From the NCBI RefSeq assembly GCF_030652775.1, contig NZ_JAUSPS010000010.1, positions 19,280 to 83,279 of the forward strand: a DNA stretch of 64,000 bases, read 5' to 3'. This document shows positions 19,405-28,324 of this stretch, piece by piece; within the stretch, counting starts at the first letter, position 1, and each line of letters begins with the position of its first letter. This DNA is from Acetobacterium sp. (GTDB taxonomy: Bacteria > Bacillota > Clostridia > Eubacteriales > Eubacteriaceae). The translations under genes were made by a program, and so were the position numbers. The notes beneath the pieces are model-generated. The model ran no database searches. It was given only the letters and a program-made list of their open reading frames with translations, and was not told where the DNA came from.

Positions 19405-19615
19405 AAATTATTAGCGATTGCGAAACCTATGGCTATAAAATCATGCGGCGGTTGAATGCGCTCGGCTTCACCGATGTTGTGGACGGAACGGTCTACACCA
19501 TTTTGGTGCGGGCTGAGAAAAACAAACTTGTAGCTATCGAAAAAAAACGTCCGATATGGGGCCGCTGCACAAGTTTTATGCGCTCAACGACGCAGGGCGC
19601 AAGAAACTAGAATCA
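19405..19615 (+). pseudogene. PadR-family regulator remnant
   Basis: IISDCETYGYKIMRRLNALGFTDVVDGTVYTILVRAEKNKLV, frameshift in an A-run, then SDMGPLHKFYALNDAGRKKLE. No start codon. Confidence 0.75.
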
Positions 19616-19678
19616 ATTGGCATATTCCATCCCGAAAATGTCACCAGGTATGATACATTAAGAAATTAAAAAACATGT

Positions 19679-20485
19679 CTAAACAAAGGGGACATTATAG
19701 CGGTTCGCCGAAAATCTCCCCATGACTGTGTTAGTTTTTTTTTTATACTGATATCTATCTCTCTTCTTAGTGGATTTACCGTACTGTATTGCAGATTGCT
19801 TACATCCATTAATACATTTTAGACAAAATGTGCATTCTCCTACCCACACCGGTTTTCCATCCATCATCTGAATTGTATTGCATGGGCAACTTCTTTCGCA
19901 CTTTTTACAGCTGTTGCATTCTGATGTCGCAAAAAATTTTTTAGTGTGCTTGGCCTTTCTGTAAGCATATCCAGTAATTGGCGTAACAAAACGGATCCTT
20001 CCCTTTTTTATATATTCAATATTTTCACGCCGCTCAATCATAGTCATAATTTTAGTTGTTTCCACTTCTGCATTTTTTAAAATAGTCCTTTGCTTATCAA
20101 CATTAATAATATTATATCCAACCACATAATTGTCTACCATCTGTACGCCGAATATACCCTTCACTTGCACTTGCTTATTACTCAAGGTTTGGATTAATCT
20201 GTCCATTACATTTCCCGCCGCTAAACCATAAGTTGTTATTGCATAAACATATTGCTTGTGATAACCCGATAATTTCAGCTGTACGATAAACTTCTCAACT
20301 ATTTTGGGCATACAATACCAATATACAGGAAAAACAAATCCGATTCTCTCATTTTCTTCGATCTCATATGTCTCATTTTCAGCTATGATATTTTCAGAAA
20401 TACACACTAGCCTTTCACCTGTACTATTCGCTATTTTTTCAGCAATATGTTTAGAATTTCCGGTTCCGCTAAAATAAAAAATCAT
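19679..20485 (-). CDS. EFR1-family ferrodoxin (flavodoxin plus 2x[4Fe-4S])
   Basis: YFSGTGNS flavodoxin motif; CNSCKKCERSCP and CTFCLKCINGC. Confidence 0.9.
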   Translation of the reverse strand: MIFYFSGTGNSKHIAEKIANSTGERLVCISENIIAENETYEIEENERIGFVFPVYWYCMPKIVEKFIVQLKLSGYHKQYVYAITTYGLAAGNVMDRLIQTLSNKQVQVKGIFGVQMVDNYVVGYNIINVDKQRTILKNAEVETTKIMTMIERRENIEYIKKGRIRFVTPITGYAYRKAKHTKKFFATSECNSCKKCERSCPCNTIQMMDGKPVWVGECTFCLKCINGCKQSAIQYGKSTKKRDRYQYKKKTNTVMGRFSANRYNVPFV

Positions 20486-20486
20486 T

Positions 20487-20765
20487 CTATTTTTCCTTCT
20501 TTCGTTCTCTCAAATAATTGAGAATTCTCGTTACACTGAGTTTCTTTTTAATTTTCAATGCAATATCGCGACCGATCATCAGACTTCCGATCCAAAATAG
20601 AATTTCACTCGCTATTATCATCGATCCAGTTATTCCTGCAACAGCACATGTCGAAAAGGGTAAACAGATATTCAATGGCATAATGATATATAATACCAAT
20701 GACAATATAATTATGCCCATCGCAATGATCTTATATATTTTCTGATTTATTTTCATACATTTCAT
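20487..20765 (-). CDS. Small membrane protein (2 TM)
   Basis: Hydrophobic helices; SEILFWIGSLMIG; translationally coupled to neighbours. Confidence 0.65.
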   Translation of the reverse strand: MKCMKINQKIYKIIAMGIIILSLVLYIIMPLNICLPFSTCAVAGITGSMIIASEILFWIGSLMIGRDIALKIKKKLSVTRILNYLRERKKEK

Positions 20766-21199
20766 ATGTTCTTTTTCTCCAATTTTTCTACCAATACTGA
20801 AATAATATGCTCAACGATGATAACTTCTTCTTCATTGGCTGCAATACTTTTAATGGTATCTGTTACCCATTTATAAACTGCTTTATCCCCCTGTAAAATG
20901 GCTCTGCCCTTTGCCGTGAGTTCAACATAAAAAATTCTTTTATCTTCAACTGATTGCCGTTTTTCAACTAGCTTCATATTAATCAGTTTTTTTACGATCG
21001 CAGAAACGGCTGGTTTCGTCAAAGCTAGTTTTTCAGCTATCTGTGAAAAATTCGGTCTCCGTAGTGATTGAATTACTAATAGATGGTAATAGTCGTTATT
21101 TGAAAATTTTTCTGCTTCATCCTCTGTTAGTGCAGCATTAAGATTTCGTATACATTCTTCCCATAATAAATTTACAAGTTCCGCAAAATTTTCTTCCAT
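20762..21199 (-). CDS. MarR-family transcriptional regulator
   Basis: FSQIAEKLALTKPAVSAIVKKL...DKRIFYVELTAKG. Start at ATG 21199. Confidence 0.9.
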   Translation of the reverse strand: MEENFAELVNLLWEECIRNLNAALTEDEAEKFSNNDYYHLLVIQSLRRPNFSQIAEKLALTKPAVSAIVKKLINMKLVEKRQSVEDKRIFYVELTAKGRAILQGDKAVYKWVTDTIKSIAANEEEVIIVEHIISVLVEKLEKKNI

Positions 21200-21433
21200 A
21201 TAAACCTCCAATTCACAATATATATTAGTTCATTGTTTTTAATTAAATATCATTAACTAATTTATCATAAAAATAACGTGCTGTCAATCGTGCGCTTTTA
21301 TTTAAAACCCTGTTGAATCCTGGGAAACTAACGAATCAACAGAAAAAATATTATCCTTGACAATCGCCATTTATATTGTGTAAAATATAATTGTCTAAAA
21401 TTTACATAGATCACTATTTTAAGGAGAATCACG

Positions 21434-22276
21434 ATGAATATTAATTTTTCAGTTGAAGAAACCGTAAAAAAGCGCTATAGCGTCAGAAATTATAAAGAAC
21501 AGGCGATTGAATCTGATCAGCGAAAGGCCATTGAAGCTTTTATCGATTCATTGGAAAACCCCTTTGGACCAAACGTTGCGTTTCATACCCTTGCTATCCA
21601 AACTGGGAAAAACGCCCAAAAACTTGGTACCTACGGGGTCATCAAAGGTGCCAGCCACTATATTGGCTCGACGATCACCCTGGAACCGATGGCCTTGGAA
21701 GCTTTAGGCTATGAATTTGAAGCCCTCGTCCTTTATTTGACCGATCTTGGTCTCGGCAGCTGTTGGCTGGGCGGCACTTTTGACCGTCAGAGCTTTTCAA
21801 ACGCAATGAAACTAGAAACCGGTGAAATTTTCCCGATCATAGCCCCATTTGGATATGCGGCCGACCATCAGCATTTTAAAGAAAAGGCCATGCGAATACT
21901 GGTCAAAGCTGATCATCGCAAAGAATGGCAGCAATTATTTTTTGCAGATGATTTTCAGTCCCCGCTTTCAGCAGCAACTGCCGGTGATCTTGCCTTTGCC
22001 TTGGAGATGGTACGATTAGGGCCATCCGCATCCAACAAGCAACCCTGGCGAATTTTATTAAAAGATGGCAGCTGTCATTTTTATGAGGATAAAGCACCGG
22101 GCTACAGCAAGGCCTTTTCCTACGATATTCAGCGGGTCGATATGGGCATTGCTGCCGCACACTTCGATTTTGCCGTGAAAGAAAGAAAAATTGACGGCCA
22201 TTTTGTCACTTCAGCCCAACCGGAAATCGACTTACCTAAGCACCTGGAATATGTCTTTTCGTGGATCAGGGATTAA
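21434..22276 (+). CDS. Nitroreductase family protein (duplicated fold)
   Basis: KRYSVRNY, GLGSCWLGG, GPSASNKQPW, DMGIAAAHF. Confidence 0.9.
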   Translation: MNINFSVEETVKKRYSVRNYKEQAIESDQRKAIEAFIDSLENPFGPNVAFHTLAIQTGKNAQKLGTYGVIKGASHYIGSTITLEPMALEALGYEFEALVLYLTDLGLGSCWLGGTFDRQSFSNAMKLETGEIFPIIAPFGYAADHQHFKEKAMRILVKADHRKEWQQLFFADDFQSPLSAATAGDLAFALEMVRLGPSASNKQPWRILLKDGSCHFYEDKAPGYSKAFSYDIQRVDMGIAAAHFDFAVKERKIDGHFVTSAQPEIDLPKHLEYVFSWIRD

Positions 22277-22341
22277 GCCGATCCTTCTTTTACATGCATG
22301 TCCATACATTGTCTGCCGTGAATTTTGGCGGTTGACACACT

Positions 22342-22376
22342 AAAAAAAGTCAGCTATCATTTAGCTGACTTTTTTT
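22342..22376. terminator. Bidirectional intrinsic terminator
   Basis: AAAAAAAGTCAGCTA-TCATT-TAGCTGACTTTTTTT between the convergent nitroreductase and acsB genes. Confidence 0.85.
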
Positions 22377-22450
22377 CGACTAAAGAACCCATAATTGCGC
22401 TCTTTTGGAACTAATCTTTTTTTACTTAATTTTTTACTTTGGGACAATTT

Positions 22451-24586
22451 TTACATAATCGGATCCATCGCCAATGCGGGATGGTTTTTGGTTTCCAGGA
22501 ATTCCAATACTGCTTCAGAGTCAGTTGCAATGGTTTCGTCACAAACCATATCGGCAAAATTTTCAATGCCGGTCATTTCAAAGACCGCTTTGTTTAAACG
22601 TTCGGCGACATCGTTTTTCAATTCTTTAGGCATCCAGACGATTCGGGATAAACCACCTTCCGCTGACATGAATTTTTTAGAACCAATCAGGAAGCGGCCA
22701 TGACCCATAAAGCCTGGGGTCTGAACCCCGCCGCCGGTCATCGAAGCCAACTCACCAAAGGTCATTCCGACTGGTGAAGACTCGCTGAATTCACGATTGA
22801 CAATGATGACGCCATTGGCTTCCGGCATAATCCCGCAGATACATTCAAAACAACCACAGGAAGTCATCGGATCTTCCAGAATCGAATAGAGGGTTACTTT
22901 TTCGACGGCTCCCTGGGAAGCGGCATTTACCACCTCATTAACTGAAGCCCAGATCCCCAGCCGTTCATCAACAGCTTCACCTTTGACAATCGGCTGGTTG
23001 GGTCCCAGTGGATCCAGTTCTTTGGTGGCCTTGGCATCTAGCCAGGATACGGCTCCACAAAGACCTAGACGTTCTGGGGTGACAACGCAAACATGACTTG
23101 GCGCAAAGGACTGACATAATAAGCAGGTATAGAATTCATCAACGCTGGCATCGGTTAAGGCACTCATTCGAGCATCACGTTCAGCATAAATCGGTTTAAC
23201 CATTTCTTCGCCCAGTCGTTTGACATCTTCAGGCTTGGTGTAGATGGTAATTTCGCATTTATCAACAACCTTTTCAAAGTCTGATCGCATCTTGGCGTAG
23301 AGCACTTCGCCGATATGTTTTAACCGGAATCCCTTTTCAAAGGCTTCTTTGGTTAACCGAATCCAGGCAATGTTTCGTTGTCCGACATGCATAGCGCCAT
23401 CGATGTAGTTGGTGAAATAGTGGATCCGTCTTTCCAGCACGGTTTCAAAATCTTTCTGCATCGCTTTTCCGCCAACAGTCACCACAATCCCTAGTGGCAA
23501 ACGAACCACGTCGGCTCCGGCAAACATCGAGTCATCGATATCCGGTCCAATCAGGGTAATTTTGTGATCTTCCATTTCGGCCGGATCACCGCTGGTCACA
23601 AGTTCCCAACACTCGGTTTTGTTGCCGCCAAATTCAGCAAACATGGTGTCTTTACGAACCCGTTCACCTTCAAATGCCGATGCCACGGAAACAGGCACAT
23701 CAATTTTGGTAACTTTTATTTTAATTTCCCGAGCCTCTAAGGAGAACTCAACGGTTTTGGTGTGGTCAGCCTGGGTCATTAACGCACCGGGTACTTCCGG
23801 CACCGGGACATCAGCGATAACTGGGAAGCCAAGAGCAATGGCGCCAGCTCCCACGGAGACAATTACTTCGTTTAATTCGCCGAAGGTATTGACAAAGGCG
23901 GGTACCCGATCTTTGGTATAGGTCAGGAATTCTGCCAGTTTGCCCGGTTCGATTCCGCCAAAAATCAGGGCGGCCCGAATCGCAACGGAGACAACATGGA
24001 TCACTGAGGTCACTTCATGACCTAAGGGAATGACCCGATATTCCAGTCCCATTTTCACACCGGCTGCTAACGCTTGCTCGATGATATTACCAACCATAAA
24101 GGTCAACAACCCTTTTTCCTGATAATCTTTAACGATGGCTGCCAATGTGGCGGGATCTGAGGATTCACCCAACAGTACCGCAATTCCGGGAATATCTCCG
24201 GTTACCAGTGGCACGCCCAACGATCGAATAATCGGATCAGCGACAAAACCGATGCCGGCATCGTTAGCGTAAGGGTCGCCATCCAGATAGCGGATCGCTT
24301 CAATAATTTCAGCCCCGACTGCGGTAGCCAGCCCGGCGTTTAAGGCTTCTCCCAAATCTTCTTTGTTGGTAATCAGACTTTTAAGAATCCCCACTGCTGC
24401 CGGCAAGTCGCCCAGAGTTTTAATTTTAACCCCGGTTGCCGCATAAATGATCGGTAAAAAATAGGCCGTATCCGGGTATCCAACCGCATGATCGGCACCA
24501 TACTTTTCAATAGCGTCATTAACAGCGCCTTCTGTTAAACCTGCAACCGCATTCGAACCCGCATAAATTAAATCTGTCAAACTCAT
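22451..24586 (-). CDS. acsB: Acetyl-CoA synthase (CODH/ACS beta subunit, bacterial three-domain form)
   Basis: 711 aa. A-cluster ligands TCLLCQSFAPSHVCVVTPERLGLCGAVSW and PMTSCGCFE intact; N-terminal domain YPDTAYFLP. Confidence 0.97.
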   Translation of the reverse strand: MSLTDLIYAGSNAVAGLTEGAVNDAIEKYGADHAVGYPDTAYFLPIIYAATGVKIKTLGDLPAAVGILKSLITNKEDLGEALNAGLATAVGAEIIEAIRYLDGDPYANDAGIGFVADPIIRSLGVPLVTGDIPGIAVLLGESSDPATLAAIVKDYQEKGLLTFMVGNIIEQALAAGVKMGLEYRVIPLGHEVTSVIHVVSVAIRAALIFGGIEPGKLAEFLTYTKDRVPAFVNTFGELNEVIVSVGAGAIALGFPVIADVPVPEVPGALMTQADHTKTVEFSLEAREIKIKVTKIDVPVSVASAFEGERVRKDTMFAEFGGNKTECWELVTSGDPAEMEDHKITLIGPDIDDSMFAGADVVRLPLGIVVTVGGKAMQKDFETVLERRIHYFTNYIDGAMHVGQRNIAWIRLTKEAFEKGFRLKHIGEVLYAKMRSDFEKVVDKCEITIYTKPEDVKRLGEEMVKPIYAERDARMSALTDASVDEFYTCLLCQSFAPSHVCVVTPERLGLCGAVSWLDAKATKELDPLGPNQPIVKGEAVDERLGIWASVNEVVNAASQGAVEKVTLYSILEDPMTSCGCFECICGIMPEANGVIIVNREFSESSPVGMTFGELASMTGGGVQTPGFMGHGRFLIGSKKFMSAEGGLSRIVWMPKELKNDVAERLNKAVFEMTGIENFADMVCDETIATDSEAVLEFLETKNHPALAMDPIM

Positions 24587-24657
24587 AATTTTTCACTCTT
24601 CCTTTTCAAAGAAATTTTTTCTTGTAATTCATTCATGTAATTTATTCATTATATAAT

Positions 24658-24673
24658 AGCAAGTTTTATGCCA
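24658..24673 (-). promoter_or_regulatory. Sigma54 -24/-12 promoter for acsB
   Basis: Minus strand TGGCATAAAACTTGCT versus consensus TGGCAC-N5-TTGCW, about 70 nt upstream of the acsB ATG. Confidence 0.85.
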
Positions 24674-24680
24674 AAAAATA

Positions 24681-24712
24681 AAATCCGCCTAATTTAGCAT
24701 CCAGGCGGATTT
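24681..24712 (-). terminator. Intrinsic terminator after the sigma54 activator gene
   Basis: AAATCCGCCT...AGGCGGATTT followed by TATTTTTT on the minus strand. Confidence 0.7.
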
Positions 24713-24747
24713 CAGTCGATACTTGGTATTTTGCAGTGTCCATTTTT

Positions 24748-24790
24748 TTGACACTGTCAATGACATTCTTTACAGTTTTTGACAGTGTCA
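24748..24790. promoter_or_regulatory. Paired palindromic upstream activating sequences (putative EBP sites)
   Basis: TTGACACTGTCAA (24748-24760) and TTGACAGTGTCA (24779-24790), about 75-115 bp upstream of the sigma54 promoter. Confidence 0.65.
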
Positions 24791-24820
24791 GACACCATCC
24801 GGTCAACAACCTGCAAGTGT

Positions 24821-26755
24821 TTATGTTATGTTATATTTCTTAATTTTATTGTAGAGTGTTTGCCGCGTGATGCCCAGTTTTTCCGCAGCAGCAGTCTTAT
24901 TGTCGTGGCAGCTTTTTAGAACCTTGACGATCAGATCCTTTTCATTTTCTTTAATTTCACTTTTAGCGATTACTGAATCAAAACCATTTAAGGTTTCTGC
25001 GGTACATAGTTCTTTAACAATCAGATCATTCGTAATAACCCGATCATCAACTAAAAATGTCAGTCTTTTCAGTAAATTTTCTAACTCTCTAATATTACCT
25101 GGCCAATTATAATTCATTAATTCCCGCAGTCCTGCTTCATCAATTCTTTTTAATGCGGTTCCCGTTTCTTTACTGATATGTTCCAGTATTTTATCGACAA
25201 GACCGGGAATTCCCTGACGTCTTTCTCTTAACGGCGGCAAAATAATATTGATGACATTAAGCCGGTAATAGAGATCTTTTCTGAATAAACCCGCCCTGAT
25301 CATCTCTTCCAGATTTTGACTTGTCGCTGCAATGACTCTTGTATCAACTTTCCGGGTTGTGACAGAACCCATTTTTTCGAACTTTTTTTCCTGCAGAAAG
25401 CGGAGTAATTTCGATTGGATTTCGATTGGAATCTCTGCGATTTCATCTAAGAAAACAGTGCCGCCCTGAGCCATTTCCAATCTGCCTACTTTGCCATTCT
25501 TGTTCGCACCAGTAAAGGCTCCGGGTTCATAGCCAAAAAGCTCGGTTTCAAAAAAATTCCTGGGGATCGTGGTACAGTCAATATAGACGAACGGTTTTTG
25601 ACTTCTGGGACTCTCTTGATGAACAATTTCTGCAAACATTGTTTTCCCCGTTCCACTTTCCCCTCGCATTAGAATTGAGGCATCTGTTTTTGATACCTTC
25701 TTGATGTAATTCACCAGTTCAATCATTTCATGGCTGTCGACAATGACGTTTGTGTCGCAAAGATTAACCGCCTGCTGTTCTCTGGCTTTGTTTTTGCCGT
25801 CAATCCGTTCTTCCAGGTCTGAGATTTTGTCAAGCAGCAGTTTAATAAAATCCGACTCCACCGGAATTACCTGTCTTAGCACTGCCTTTGATTCTAAAAT
25901 AGGGCTCTCAAAGATGATATGTTCCTTACCCGAAATCATCTGCTGCCATATCGCCGGTTCCCCGGTTGCCAAAACCTCGGTATATTTTGATTCCCATGCT
26001 AACGAGATGATGCTGGTATTCTTTTCAAATGCCGAGGCTAAGAATTCCTGGTACTTTTTATTGATTCGCACCACCATTCCCCTATTATCAATGACCGCCA
26101 GATAATTGGGGATGCTATCGATGATATTCTGATTGAAATTATCTGCCTCCAAAGCATTTTCCAGAGCATCATTGAGTTTCTTATTATCTTGAGTCGAACG
26201 CTGACTTTGGGATTGGATCTGATTTTTGCTTTTGGCTAACTTTAATGAGTTGATGGTCAGGTAGAGCATATTAATATCGTTTTTGCCACCGTCACCGTCT
26301 TCATTGAAGCTCTTTTTATTCCCAACTGCTTTGGTAACTTCGAATTCGCAATACGCATCTCCCAAGGCATTGCACTTCACTTCCAGCGCATCCATATCCT
26401 GTTTGCTGATGGTACTGACGGCACCGGCTAAAATCCCCGCTTCAAAATAGCATACCGGTTTTCCAACGTTCTCCATATCACTGCAGGTAAAACAGTCATC
26501 CAGACGAAAGACGACTTTCTCGTCCGACATGTTGGTTATGACGATTTGCCCAATTCCCAATTCCATGATTTTTTCTGACAAGCTATTATAGTCTGTTACA
26601 TTTAGGCTGCGCCCGACATTTTTTGCGGTATTATAATATATTTCTTCCTCAACAGCTTTTGAATTCTGACTGGCATTTGCCAAATTCAGGACATTTTTCA
26701 GGTTTTTTTCGACATTATTGTAATTTTTGTAGTTCACAATACCATTATTAAACAT
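24821..26755 (-). CDS. Sigma54-dependent enhancer-binding protein, V4R - PAS-like - AAA+ - Fis HTH
   Basis: V4R (DCFTC...CYFEAGILAG...EVKCNALGDAYCEF), GESGTGKT, GAFTGA, FLDEI, FRKDLYYRLNV, WPGNIREL, AAEKLGITRQTLYNKIKKY. Confidence 0.93.
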   Translation of the reverse strand: MFNNGIVNYKNYNNVEKNLKNVLNLANASQNSKAVEEEIYYNTAKNVGRSLNVTDYNSLSEKIMELGIGQIVITNMSDEKVVFRLDDCFTCSDMENVGKPVCYFEAGILAGAVSTISKQDMDALEVKCNALGDAYCEFEVTKAVGNKKSFNEDGDGGKNDINMLYLTINSLKLAKSKNQIQSQSQRSTQDNKKLNDALENALEADNFNQNIIDSIPNYLAVIDNRGMVVRINKKYQEFLASAFEKNTSIISLAWESKYTEVLATGEPAIWQQMISGKEHIIFESPILESKAVLRQVIPVESDFIKLLLDKISDLEERIDGKNKAREQQAVNLCDTNVIVDSHEMIELVNYIKKVSKTDASILMRGESGTGKTMFAEIVHQESPRSQKPFVYIDCTTIPRNFFETELFGYEPGAFTGANKNGKVGRLEMAQGGTVFLDEIAEIPIEIQSKLLRFLQEKKFEKMGSVTTRKVDTRVIAATSQNLEEMIRAGLFRKDLYYRLNVINIILPPLRERRQGIPGLVDKILEHISKETGTALKRIDEAGLRELMNYNWPGNIRELENLLKRLTFLVDDRVITNDLIVKELCTAETLNGFDSVIAKSEIKENEKDLIVKVLKSCHDNKTAAAEKLGITRQTLYNKIKKYNIT

Positions 26756-26804
26756 CTCAACAGCTCCTTAAATCTATAGCTTTGCAAAGGTCAATACTCG
26801 GACA

Positions 26805-26911
26805 AACCCATCATCAACCAGCACCTTGCAGTGTCGCGGCGGTTAGGCTGCCATGAAAATTATCTGCTCTCTCGATGGTTCCAGTATACGCTTGCAGTAA
26901 ATGAAATTCAA
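26805..26911 (-). promoter_or_regulatory. SigA promoter and structured leader with SAM-I-like motifs
   Basis: TTGAAT-17-TATACT. The leader contains AUCGAGAG, GGCAGCC, AAGGUGC and GAUG in S-box order, but P2 and P4 are not recognisable. Confidence 0.35.
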
Positions 26912-27034
26912 TAATAATATTTTTCGTATGAAAGAAAATATTTACATCTGCCGAAAACAGCAACCCATTTTTTAAAACACCATCATTCGTAATCGTGCAA
27001 AGGCTAAAGAAGGATTGTTCGCACCTTTGACCTA

Positions 27035-27420
27035 ACCCATCGGGTCAGGCTTTGGGAGATGTTGGGGCAGTTGCTGATCACCTGTGCAGTCGCCCACATC
27101 GCTACGGTATTGACCAACGGTAAAAATACGGTGTCCCGAAAAATCAGGGATATACACCTGACCACCGCCGAAAAGATTGTCTTGATGACAGGTCTTGGGT
27201 TGATGATGATAGGCGCTATCATTGAGAGCATCGCTATTAATAGCTTATAGCTCACTGGAAAACCTTGTACTCTTTTCTTAAAATCAAAAGCCATCCTATC
27301 AACTTTGCTTTTCATTGTCATCATTGGAATTTTTGCCGGGGATGTTATCTTCCTAAAAGAACAAACCCAGCCAACATGATCTCTATTACCTTTGTTAATA
27401 GCTCCGGCAATTCGTCGGTC
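27035..27420 (+). pseudogene. Decayed membrane-protein fragments
   Basis: Hydrophobic stretches LWEMLGQLLITCAVAH...MTGLGLMMIGAIIES and ILSTLLFIVIIGIFAG, without a credible start or continuous frame. Confidence 0.4.
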
Positions 27421-27447
27421 TTATCGTTTTTCTTAGATTCATTCTCA

Positions 27448-28068
27448 TCACTCCTTATTCAAAGCCGCCAGGTATGAATCAACAAACCGAACCAATTCAT
27501 CAATCAAAACAGCTTCTGTCTGATCAGTCCTTGAGAACTTTACCGTATGTACGGTTCCTTCAATGGCAGCATAAATAATGATACTCGCCGCCTCTCTGGA
27601 GTCAGGCGGCAGCTCTGAGGCTAAATGCTCAAGCAACTTACTAATCCGCATTAAGATGGTTCTCTTGTATTCCTCAAATATCAAGCCAATTTCTTCATCG
27701 GCAATACTCAAGGTTCTGACCTGCTGATAAAATCCAACCGAGAAATTATGTAAATTGAAACTTTTAACAATCGTATCCCTGAGGATTGCTTTTCTGTCGA
27801 TTGACAGTATCAGATCATCGTCCGATACCGCCGAATCAGAAATCACTTCCTGAGTATACGTATTCAAGATATATTTTAATGCGTCTTTTTTATCTGCGAA
27901 GTAGGTATAGAAACTACCGGTTGAAACGCCTGCTTCCCGCGCAATTTCCTTAGAATTTGTCTGATAATAACCTTGCGATGAAAAGAGCGACATGGCGGCA
28001 TCTACAATCTTTTTTTTTGTTTCTATTTTTCTTTCCTGCTGCGATTTATGTTTCATTGATATTTTCAA
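27448..28068 (-). CDS. TetR/AcrR-family regulator
   Basis: IVDAAMSLFSSQGYYQTNSKEIAREAGVSTGSFYTYFADK. Confidence 0.93.
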   Translation of the reverse strand: MKISMKHKSQQERKIETKKKIVDAAMSLFSSQGYYQTNSKEIAREAGVSTGSFYTYFADKKDALKYILNTYTQEVISDSAVSDDDLILSIDRKAILRDTIVKSFNLHNFSVGFYQQVRTLSIADEEIGLIFEEYKRTILMRISKLLEHLASELPPDSREAASIIIYAAIEGTVHTVKFSRTDQTEAVLIDELVRFVDSYLAALNKE

Positions 28069-28118
28069 CTCCTGCTTTTTCTTTCATCATTACTTTATCA
28101 TATTCGAATCATAAATTC

Positions 28119-28200
28119 AACACTTATTGAACTTTAATTCAATAAGTGTTGACATTGTGATCATGATGTGATATTAATATATTGAACTTTAATTCATTAT
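28119..28200. promoter_or_regulatory. Two TetR-type operators in the divergent promoter
   Basis: AACACTTATTGAA-CTTTAA-TTCAATAAGTGTT palindrome (28119-28150) and a second copy TATTGAACTTTAATTCATTA (about 28180-28199). Confidence 0.75.
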
Positions 28201-28324
28201 CTTTCGCATCCTTCGTTCATCACTGTTTAATTGTCCATTTTAGGGTTGTTCGTATGAAAAAATATTACTGCTCGGCAAATGTGAGACAATGTTTGACTTT
28301 TGTTTATAATCTAGGAGGCTCAAC

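Noticed and set aside
26800-26860. AACCGCC...GUUGAUGA resemblance to a fluoride riboswitch
   Set aside because: The P1 stem and pseudoknot (GGCGAUGG..UCGCC) are absent and the downstream gene is not fluoride related.
27004-27324. 106-aa minus-strand ORF and overlapping short ORFs
   Set aside because: No RBS or motif; better explained as the shadow of plus-strand membrane-protein debris.
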